From contig OZ241993.1 of the NCBI GenBank assembly GCA_965204575.1, positions 1,184,001 through 1,248,000 on the forward strand: DNA of 64,000 nt, in the 5' to 3' direction. Positions within the stretch are counted from its first letter, which is position 1. Every line of letters begins with the position of its first letter. The position numbers and the translations under genes were made by a program. Shown here one piece after another: positions 57,222 to 64,000 of this stretch. The DNA comes from an uncultured candidatus Porisulfidus sp. (lineage in GTDB: Bacteria > Pseudomonadota > Gammaproteobacteria > Poriferisulfidales > Poriferisulfidaceae). The notes beneath the pieces were generated by a model that was not told where the DNA came from, searched no databases, and saw only the letters and a list, made by a program, of their open reading frames with translations.

Positions 57222-57521
57222 TCAGCCGAGCAGCACGCCGATGAAGAAGGTGGTCAGGTAGATGACGATCAGGCCCAGCATGGAAAGCAGGCACAACAGG
57301 GTCACCAGGTGATGCGGGCGTCGGTGACCGACCAGGACGCCGGCAACCGCGACGGCGAACGAGGCCAATCCCAAGCTTTGCATGCAGCCCGTCTGGCAGC
57401 TGCGTGCCTCGAAAGGCCCTCCCAGCATGTTGAAGACCAATGCCACGGTCAGGCTCCAACTGACGGCCGTGGCCAGCACGGTCCAGGGCGAGATGGCGGT
57501 GTAGTAGCGGGAGGCGATCAT
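57222..57521 (-). CDS. Small membrane protein (about 3 TM)
   Basis: 99-aa hydrophobic ORF with CxxxC in a loop. Confidence 0.55.
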   Translation of the reverse strand: MIASRYYTAISPWTVLATAVSWSLTVALVFNMLGGPFEARSCQTGCMQSLGLASFAVAVAGVLVGHRRPHHLVTLLCLLSMLGLIVIYLTTFFIGVLLG

Positions 57522-57539
57522 GCAGTCATTCTATAACTT

Positions 57540-57923
57540 TCACGAGGGCGAGAAGACCCCCAAGAGGCTGGCCGCGACACCGATGACGAGCGGAATATAC
57601 CAGTAAAGCTTCTTGAATTCGGCCTGCATGTCGGAGCGCAGATCCTTGATTTCGCCCTGCAGGCGAAGTTCCATCTTGCCCATATCCACCCGTATGCCAG
57701 ACTCCATCTTCTGCATATCGGTCCGTATGCCGGATTCCATCTTCTTCATATCGGCCCGTATGCTGGACTCCATTTCCTCCATATCGGTCCGCAGGACATA
57801 TTCCATTTTTTCCATGTCGCTTTTCGTGGCCAAGTGGCGCTGGGCGTCATCAATGGCCTCAACCATGGCTCCGGCCTGATCTTCGCTGAAAGTAGCAGCT
57901 TGCAGAGACTTCATGACCCTGAG
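57540..57923 (-). pseudogene. 3' part of a DUF1640/CCDC90-like coiled-coil membrane protein gene, interrupted by the IS1111 element
   Basis: KSL.AA.FSE.QA.A, LATK.D, 11-aa repeats and a C-terminal TM. Joins in frame to 59322-59402 when the IS is removed (HFDK|LRVMKSL). Confidence 0.8.
57669..57819. repeat. 33-bp coding tandem repeat, about 4.5 copies
   Basis: Units (t/c)tccatc...catatcggtccgtatgccgga at 57669, 57702, 57735, 57768 and 57801, encoding R.DM.KMES.I. Confidence 0.9.
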
Positions 57924-58012
57924 TGATGGGATGGTTCGCCCCACTTCCTAAATCAGCCTTGGGCGGACACAATGAGGTTACCACTAACCATTGCGAAAGC
58001 AGGACGAACCCT

Positions 58013-59059
58013 ATGAAAGCTACTATACCTGACTCCCGGATCGCTTATTTGGGCATTGATCTGGCCAAGCATGTCTTTTACGCGTGCGGCATGACCGAGG
58101 CGGGCCGGGTGGTGCTGGAGAAGCGATTTACGCGCGCCCGACTGGAAAGGTTTACGGAGCAGTTGCCGCCGTGCCGGGTCGGGCTGGAGGCCTGCGGCAG
58201 CGCGCACCACTGGGCGCGCCGGCTGATCGGGCAAGGGCACGATGCCCGGCTGATCTCGCCGCACTTCGTCGCGCCCTTCGTGAAGTCGAACAAGAATGAT
58301 GCGCGGGACGCGGAGGCGATCTGCGAGGCGGTCAGCCGGCCGACGATGCGCTTCGTCCCGGTGCGGTCGGAGTCGGAACAGGCGATCCAGCACTGGCACC
58401 GGGCGCGGCAGCGGGTGGTGCGGAGCCGCACCCGCCTGGTCAACCAGTTGCGGGCGTTCCTGTACGAATACGGACAGGTACTCCCGCAGGGCGTCAAGGC
58501 GTTCCGGCGTCGGGTTCCGGAGCTTCTGGAAGACGGCGAGAACGGCCTGCTGCCGGAGGTTCGCGAGATGTTGGCGGACGGTTACGAGGAGTTGCTGGGG
58601 CTGGATGCGCGGGAGGAGCAATACCGCGCCCGGATCCAGGTGCATGCGGCTTCAGAGGAAGCCTGCGAGCGGCTGATGGCGATCCCGGGAGTCGGGGTGC
58701 TATGCGCCAGCGCTCTGGTCATGAAGTTCCGGGACGGGGGCGACTTCCGAAACGGTCGAGAGGCGGCGGCCAGTGTCGGCCTGGTGCCGCGGCAGCACAG
58801 TACGGGCGGACAGGTCCGGCTGGGCGGCATCAGCAAGCGGGGAGACCGGTATCTGCGCACTCTGATGATCCAAGGTGCCAGCTCGGTCGTGCGGCTGGCG
58901 GAACGGAAAGAGGACGGCCGCAGCCGTTGGGCCTCTGACGTGAAGCGGCGTCGCCATCGCAATATCGCGGTGGTGGCACTGGCCAACAAGAACATCCGCA
59001 TCGCCTGGGCTCTGCTCAGGAGCGGCGAAGCTTATCGGGAGGAAGTCTCTATGGCCTGA
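58013..59059 (+). CDS. IS110/IS1111 DEDD transposase (bridge recombinase)
   Basis: GIDLAK, LEACG, KNDARDA.AI (RuvC DEDD), IPGVG, GLVPRQHSTGG (catalytic Ser), GDRYLR. AGGA RBS before ATG 58013. Confidence 0.96.
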   Translation: MKATIPDSRIAYLGIDLAKHVFYACGMTEAGRVVLEKRFTRARLERFTEQLPPCRVGLEACGSAHHWARRLIGQGHDARLISPHFVAPFVKSNKNDARDAEAICEAVSRPTMRFVPVRSESEQAIQHWHRARQRVVRSRTRLVNQLRAFLYEYGQVLPQGVKAFRRRVPELLEDGENGLLPEVREMLADGYEELLGLDAREEQYRARIQVHAASEEACERLMAIPGVGVLCASALVMKFRDGGDFRNGREAAASVGLVPRQHSTGGQVRLGGISKRGDRYLRTLMIQGASSVVRLAERKEDGRSRWASDVKRRRHRNIAVVALANKNIRIAWALLRSGEAYREEVSMA

Positions 59060-59094
59060 GGCTTCCCCCTGAATCCCGGCGGCCACTGGCTGCC

Positions 59095-59274
59095 GATCGG
59101 TTGCAGGGAAGAAGCAGAACATGGCGAAACAGGTCGGACCGACGCGTCGGGAACCTGGTTGATAAACAGGCCTTCGAGGTCATCTCAGTGATGAGGCCGG
59201 CGCGTGCGGAACCCATGGGGGCCCGGGAGCTACGTTCTCCCGTCAAGAGGCCGGATATATGTTCGCACCCGATC
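59095..59274 (+). ncRNA. Putative bridge RNA / seekRNA of the IS1111 element
   Basis: Two stem-internal-loop modules with loop segments matching the target (TTGATAAAC) and the donor junction (ATATATG, CCCAT). Exact RNA ends unknown. Confidence 0.75.
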
Positions 59275-59321
59275 GATCGTCAAGGATGCTTCCCACTTGC
59301 AGGGAGGGGGCGAACCATATA

Positions 59322-59402
59322 TTTATCAAAATGTGGGGTATGAGGCGCCTCCGGTCTGTTCGCGCCGGGGGTGGCAACGGGCTCTTGAGTGCTGGATTTC
59401 AA
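59322..59402 (-). pseudogene. 5' fragment (27 codons) of the IS-interrupted DUF1640-like gene
   Basis: AAGGAG RBS 8 nt before TTG 59402; reads (M)KSSTQEPVATPGANRPEAPHTPHFDK up to the IS end. Confidence 0.65.
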
Positions 59403-59503
59403 GGACGTCTCTCCTTGACGAATAGATAGTGGGAGGAATTGCCCTGTTGAGAACATTCCTCGGGTTGGGAGGGATGGTCCAGAAGAAAGTTGGAAAGGCA
59501 AGG

Positions 59504-59556
59504 AAAAATGGTCTGAATTTTTAGACCATTTTTACTTATTGAAAATCAATAGGTTA
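59504..59556. promoter_or_regulatory. Palindromic operator-like site plus IHF consensus site
   Basis: AAAAATGGTCT-N8-AGACCATTTTT at 59504-59533; AATCAATAGGTTA at 59544-59556 fits WATCAANNNNTTR. Confidence 0.5.
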
Positions 59557-59710
59557 TGGATCGTTCCGGATACCGCTCTCGGTCAAATTTGTTCAAATTT
59601 TCAACATTGTCATGGATGCGGGCATGGAGGGAGTTCCGGCCTTTGGCACTGTCATGTTCGCTTCCGACAGTCGCGGGGTATGATGGGCGAAAGAGGAGAA
59701 ATTACGTCAC

Positions 59711-60121
59711 GTGTTCCGTTCCGCAATCGAAGCCGAAGACGCTTTCTACGAAGCATTCGCCCAGCAGGACGTCGAGGCCATGATGCAGGTGTGGGCGGAG
59801 GGCCGCCCGGTTTTCTGCATTCACCCAGGAGGTGATCTGCTGACCGGCCGGGAGGAAGTGGAGGAGAGCTGGAAACAGATCTTTGGGGCAGAGGTGCCAT
59901 TCCATTTCGAGCTGGAATACCACTATCGCGAGGAATTCGACGGGCAATTCGCCATCAGCCAGTTAACGGAAACCCTGTACCTGCGCCACCATGTCGTCGG
60001 CATCGTGCTGGCGACCAACGTCTATTGCGGCACGGACGAAGGCTGGCGAATGATCATGCACCATGCTTCGCCGCCGCCCGGTCCGGACGCACCGGAGTCC
60101 GGGGTGCCCGTCCTGCACTAA
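59711..60121 (+). CDS. SnoaL-like / NTF2 family protein
   Basis: AFYEAF...D..AM..VW, CIHPGG..L.G, ATNVY, W.M..HHAS. Confidence 0.85.
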   Translation: MFRSAIEAEDAFYEAFAQQDVEAMMQVWAEGRPVFCIHPGGDLLTGREEVEESWKQIFGAEVPFHFELEYHYREEFDGQFAISQLTETLYLRHHVVGIVLATNVYCGTDEGWRMIMHHASPPPGPDAPESGVPVLH

Positions 60122-61287
60122 GGAGTCCGGGTCAGGGACTGGAGCCCTTTGCGGTAGTACGCCTGCGCGGCTTCGCCTTGGCCCATCCGTTCCAGGGTTT
60201 CCGCCAACTCCCGATACAGCAGGGCATCCCCGCCCTGTTTCTCGAGGGCTTCCAATTGTGTCTGGGCTTCGCGGTGTTGCCCGAGGCGGCTGTGCAGCCG
60301 GGCCAGGGCCCGCCTCAGAGAGGCCCGTTCGGGATCCTGCTTCAGCCACTTTCGAATCCTCACGATCATGTCCGGGGTGGCTGGGCCTGGCAGTGTCCCG
60401 TACAGTTCGATTGCCGCATCGTCGAGACTGGCATCCAGCAGCTTGCACAGGTGTGGTTTCAGTTCCGGGTGTGTCTGCCCGTAGTACCGCAGCCGCTCGG
60501 CGTAGGAGCGCAGGACTTCCGGGTCATCGCGCGCATCCCCGAGTTTCGGCCATAGGGCCTTGAGTTCCATGTCTGTGGTGTTTTCGCATAGGCGATGGGC
60601 GGCATCACGCAGCCATTGACGGGTTTCGTCTTGCGGCAGGTTCGAATGGCGCGACTGGTCCCGGCCCAGTTCGAATAGCCGCTCCCAGCTGTTCAGCTCC
60701 CGGTAGCAACGGGCAAGCTGGCGGAGAATTCGGGGGTGGTTCGGATTGTCGCCAGCCAATACCTGCAGGACAGCCAAGGCTTCTTCCCATTCTTCCGCGG
60801 CAATCAGGCCATCCGCTTTGAGCCAGGTGGAGGCCGCCTGGTAGTCGGGGTCGTCGATCGCGCGCAGGTGCCCGCTCCAGGCATCCCGGTCGTTGGATTG
60901 GACGCAGGCCGAGGCGGCCAGCAGGCGAAACAACGACTGCTTGGGCTCCGTCTTTGCCGCCTGCTCCAGGTTCTGCCGCGCGGCGTCCAGTCGGTTTTCC
61001 AGCATGTTGCGTAGCCCCTTTGCGAGCAGGTTGTCTGCACGTTCGTGCCGGCGGCGCCGGTGTCGCTTCCGGAGGCGCTGCGGAGTTTCCAGTGTTCGGG
61101 CCAGCAGCCATACCAGCACGAAAAGCCCGAGCATAATCCCGGTGCCGATCAGCAGGGCCATCAGGAGAGAGGTGTGGACCGTGAGGTCGGCGATATACAC
61201 GATGACCTCGCCACCCTGGGTCTGGGCGAGCCAGGCCGCTAGGCCGGTCACCAGCAGCGCGACGAAAATCAACACCAGGATTTTCAT
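60118..61287 (-). CDS. hemY: HemY-like TPR membrane protein
   Basis: Two N-terminal TMs plus TPR repeats; last gene of hemCDXY. Confidence 0.8.
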   Translation of the reverse strand: MKILVLIFVALLVTGLAAWLAQTQGGEVIVYIADLTVHTSLLMALLIGTGIMLGLFVLVWLLARTLETPQRLRKRHRRRRHERADNLLAKGLRNMLENRLDAARQNLEQAAKTEPKQSLFRLLAASACVQSNDRDAWSGHLRAIDDPDYQAASTWLKADGLIAAEEWEEALAVLQVLAGDNPNHPRILRQLARCYRELNSWERLFELGRDQSRHSNLPQDETRQWLRDAAHRLCENTTDMELKALWPKLGDARDDPEVLRSYAERLRYYGQTHPELKPHLCKLLDASLDDAAIELYGTLPGPATPDMIVRIRKWLKQDPERASLRRALARLHSRLGQHREAQTQLEALEKQGGDALLYRELAETLERMGQGEAAQAYYRKGLQSLTRTP

Positions 61288-62261
61288 TGGGTGAGCGGCA
61301 GCGTCCGGGTCAGTTGATCAAAATCGATGGAGGGGGGGAACGGGTGCTGCTCCCGGAGCGCTTCCAGGTCATGTTTCAGTGCGGGGTAACTGTTTTCAAG
61401 TGCCGGTTGCGAGAGCAGGTCAAGGGTGTGATCGAGAGATTGTGTGTAGGCGTCAGCGCGGTGGGATTGAAGCGCGAGGCGAGCCAAGTACAGTTCGGTC
61501 TGGGCCGCGTACAGAATCAGGACATGCTGATAGGCCGAGATGGTCTGCACGGCCTGCGGGGCGCCCTTTTTGACCTCGATGTGCTCGTCAAACTGCTCGA
61601 CGATGGAATCCCAGATTTTCTCCCAATTGCCAGTGGGCAAGACCTCGTTCTGGTGTTCGACCTCCGCCTGCAATTGCGCAATCTTCTCGCTGAGCACCAG
61701 CCAGCTGCCGGTCAGGATGCGGTGCGCATGCTCCGCTTCTTCACCGCGGTAGCCCTCCAGGGTCGAAATCGCCTGGTCCACTTGTTGGATCAGGGTGTGG
61801 TAGTGCACCGGATCCAGGGAGTCGAGGACTTGGCGAGCTTGGCGCAGGGCACTCAGCGTCCCGAGAGAGTCCTGGAGGTAGTTCTGCTTGTATTGCGCGA
61901 TCTGCAGCAGGAAAGCGAGTTCTTCAACCGGGTACTGGCGAGGATCGGGTGCGATCGAAATCGGAGCCAGTTTCTGCTGCAGGAGAGTCTCGTAGGCCGT
62001 GTATCGGATCCGCAACTCCTCCAGGAATTGATCCACCAAGGCTTGGGTTCGATACTGCTCCTCGGACAGGCCCGTCAGGCGCCGGTCGACTTCCATCAGG
62101 GCTTGGTGCGCCGACTGGTGAGTTTCGAGCTGGCGGTCGCGCAGTTCGAGGAAACGGGTCTGCGTGTCGGTCCACAGCATATACAGCATGACACCGACCG
62201 CGATCAGGCCCAGCCAACCAGCGACGGTCAACAGGACACCCAGTCGCGTCGCTCGGCTCAT
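61284..62261 (-). CDS. hemX: HemX-like protein
   Basis: TM plus coiled coil, E..FLL.IA...L..D, L..ARLAL; lies between hemD and hemY. Confidence 0.72.
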   Translation of the reverse strand: MSRATRLGVLLTVAGWLGLIAVGVMLYMLWTDTQTRFLELRDRQLETHQSAHQALMEVDRRLTGLSEEQYRTQALVDQFLEELRIRYTAYETLLQQKLAPISIAPDPRQYPVEELAFLLQIAQYKQNYLQDSLGTLSALRQARQVLDSLDPVHYHTLIQQVDQAISTLEGYRGEEAEHAHRILTGSWLVLSEKIAQLQAEVEHQNEVLPTGNWEKIWDSIVEQFDEHIEVKKGAPQAVQTISAYQHVLILYAAQTELYLARLALQSHRADAYTQSLDHTLDLLSQPALENSYPALKHDLEALREQHPFPPSIDFDQLTRTLPLTQ

Positions 62262-63034
62262 GAGACTATCTCTTCAGGCGGGAAATATGTTTTTAAAGCT
62301 TTGAACATAGCATCGTCCCCGGGGTTGTCGGCTATCCCCGGAAGGGCAGTGTAGCCGAGTTTCTGGCAGGCGGCAGCGATCCGTGCGTTGCCGGCGATCA
62401 GGCCGCAACCCATCAGGTCGTTCTTTTCTTCCGGCACGATGCATTCCCGAAGATTCTCGGCAATTTCGACACTGGTGACGCAGATGGCATCCGGGGGGCC
62501 GCCGGATGTTTCCTTGAGGGACAGCGCGCCGTCCGGAGGATTACGGCGGTAGACTTCCAGATACTGCACTTCCGCACCGCGATTGCGCAGTTCCTCGGCT
62601 AGCTTTTCTCGCCCGCTCTGTCCCCGGACAATCACAACACGGTGATGCTTCAGGTCTTGCAAGAAAGAGGTGGAAAGCAATGCTTCGCTGTTGTACGGGG
62701 GAGGGGCCACGATGCCGGGCTCCAGGCCGGCCTGCTCCAGCGCCGCCTCCGTGGCCGGGCCGATGGCGGCAATCATGGAAGCGCGCCGGACGGTCTGCAC
62801 GAGTTGATCCGAACCCGCGATCAGGCCACGCACGGCGTTGGTGCTGACGAAGACGACGAACGTCGCCTGTTCGGCCAGGGCTTGAGCGGTCGAATCCAGG
62901 GGAGTCAAGGCGATCCGGATCGCGGGGAAGTGGCTGACTTGCGCGCCTTGTTCGCGCAGACGTGCGGCCAGGGGCTCAACCTGTCCCTCGGGTCGGGTCA
63001 GGAGAATTCGGCGACCCGAAAAAGTACGGCTCAT
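62258..63034 (-). CDS. hemD: Uroporphyrinogen-III synthase
   Basis: ILLTRP, FVS.NAV, AIGPAT, SEALL, RG..GRE.L...L, VY.R. Confidence 0.94.
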   Translation of the reverse strand: MSRTFSGRRILLTRPEGQVEPLAARLREQGAQVSHFPAIRIALTPLDSTAQALAEQATFVVFVSTNAVRGLIAGSDQLVQTVRRASMIAAIGPATEAALEQAGLEPGIVAPPPYNSEALLSTSFLQDLKHHRVVIVRGQSGREKLAEELRNRGAEVQYLEVYRRNPPDGALSLKETSGGPPDAICVTSVEIAENLRECIVPEEKNDLMGCGLIAGNARIAAACQKLGYTALPGIADNPGDDAMFKALKTYFPPEEIVS

Positions 63035-63960
63035 GCGTAGCCTGCGACGCCCAGTTCAGCCAGGATGTCCGCACCGCCTTGTTCCAGCAACTGTTTTGCG
63101 GCCATTGCGCCGGCAATTCTGGGCTCTCCTTCGGTCGCCGCACGCAGGATCAGGCTGCCGTCCGGGCGGGCGAGGCAGGCCTGGAGCTGGACTTCCTGGT
63201 CGCCGGTGCAGGCCGCGTGAGCGGCTAAGGGGACCTGGCAGCTGCCGGAAAGTGCACGGCTGACCATGCGCTCCGCAGTTACGGCGGCGGCAGTGGCCGG
63301 GTCGTGCAGCGCGCCCACCCAAGCCTGCGCGTGCGGGTGATCTTCGGCAATCTCGATTCCGAGTGCACCTTGGCCGATGGCGGGCAGGCACACCTCAGGT
63401 TCCAGGACCTGCGTGATTTGCTCGTCCAGCCCGAGCCGTTGCAGCCCCGCGCAGGCCAGCACGATGGCGTCGAAATCCCCTTCCTGCACCCGCTTCAGGC
63501 GGGTTCCGACGTTGCCGCGCAGGTCCAAAAACTGAAGATCGGGGAATCGTGCTTGCAGTTGCGCCCTGCGTCGCAGGCTCGATGTCCCCACGCGGCTGCC
63601 CGCAGGGAGTGCTTCGATCGTTTTGTGGCGAGGGGCGATAACCCCGTCCCGGGGGTCGGCGCGAGTGCAGATCGCGGCCAGCGTGAGGCCGGATGGAAGG
63701 TCCGCCGGCACGTCTTTCATCGAATGGACGGCCAGGTCGGCATCGCCGGACAACAGGCGATGCTCCAGTTCCTTGACGAACAGGCCCTTGCCGCCGAGCG
63801 CAGCCAAGGGATGATCCAGCATCTGGTCGCCCTCGGTCTGCACGCGCAGCAGTTCCGTGTGCAGGCCCGCTTCCCGGCTCAGTGCGTCGGCGACCAATTC
63901 GGCCTGCCGGACAGCCAGCGGACTGCGGCGGGTGGCGATACGGCAGAGGGGCGGACTCAT
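63031..63960 (-). CDS. hemC: Hydroxymethylbilane synthase
   Basis: IATRRSPLA..Q, GGKGLFVKELE, AVHSMKDVP, GTSSLRR, RGNVGTRL, GSCQVP. Start ATG 63960. Confidence 0.97.
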   Translation of the reverse strand: MSPPLCRIATRRSPLAVRQAELVADALSREAGLHTELLRVQTEGDQMLDHPLAALGGKGLFVKELEHRLLSGDADLAVHSMKDVPADLPSGLTLAAICTRADPRDGVIAPRHKTIEALPAGSRVGTSSLRRRAQLQARFPDLQFLDLRGNVGTRLKRVQEGDFDAIVLACAGLQRLGLDEQITQVLEPEVCLPAIGQGALGIEIAEDHPHAQAWVGALHDPATAAAVTAERMVSRALSGSCQVPLAAHAACTGDQEVQLQACLARPDGSLILRAATEGEPRIAGAMAAKQLLEQGGADILAELGVAGYA

Positions 63961-64000
63961 GGGGTGAATTGGATGGGCTGTTCCTCGGGCGCGTAGCAAC

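Larger units (their letters stand above)
57924..59321 (+). mobile_element. IS110-family insertion sequence, IS1111 group (about 1398 bp)
   Basis: Perfect 12-bp subterminal IRs ATGGTTCGCCCC (57931-57942, 7 bp from the left end) and GGGGCGAACCAT (59307-59318, 3 bp from the right end). Long 3' non-coding region; no target duplication beyond a shared T. Confidence 0.92.

Noticed and set aside
57669-57819. 33-bp periodic repeat considered as a CRISPR array
   Set aside because: The units are contiguous, in frame and lack unique spacers, and there are no cas genes; it is a coding coiled-coil repeat.
57923-58012. Track starts at 57923 (transposase) and 57944 (DUF1640-like ORF)
   Set aside because: Both cross the IS left end or IR. 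The transposase starts at ATG 58013 with an RBS, and the DUF1640-like gene's true start is on the far side of the IS.

Overview
This is a GC-rich gammaproteobacterial chromosome segment, mostly housekeeping genes. From left to right: the 3' end of an AT-rich defence-like island (type I hsdR plus two unknown genes); a complete rRNA operon (16S, tRNA-Ile, tRNA-Ala, 23S, 5S); a second AT-rich toxin-antitoxin islet; birA-coaX; a Fur-regulated TonB-dependent receptor; an orphan DNA methyltransferase behind a C18 tract; pntAA/AB/B; yciK-rmuC-gph-ubiG; a six-gene TtpBCD-type TonB system; a GPP34-family gene; lpoA-rsmI-rnpB; the full dcw cluster (mraZ to lpxC); dciA, an M23 peptidase, secA, argJ and mutT-thiE; an IS110-family (IS1111 group) element; and hemCDXY. 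The best-supported highlight is the IS1111 element at 57924-59321. Its ends, circle-junction promoter and pre-insertion target (a DUF1640-like gene it splits in frame) can all be reconstructed. Its 3' non-coding region folds into a two-loop bridge/seekRNA whose loops match the reconstructed target and the donor junction. Other candidates are an uncharacterised ART-like plus HEPN-like gene pair beside hsdR, a 297-aa giant antitoxin-like gene with VapC next to the rrn operon, and an intergenic locus with repeated CAGGAG hairpins and a sigma54 site. All family assignments come from motifs recognised by eye; no database searches were run.
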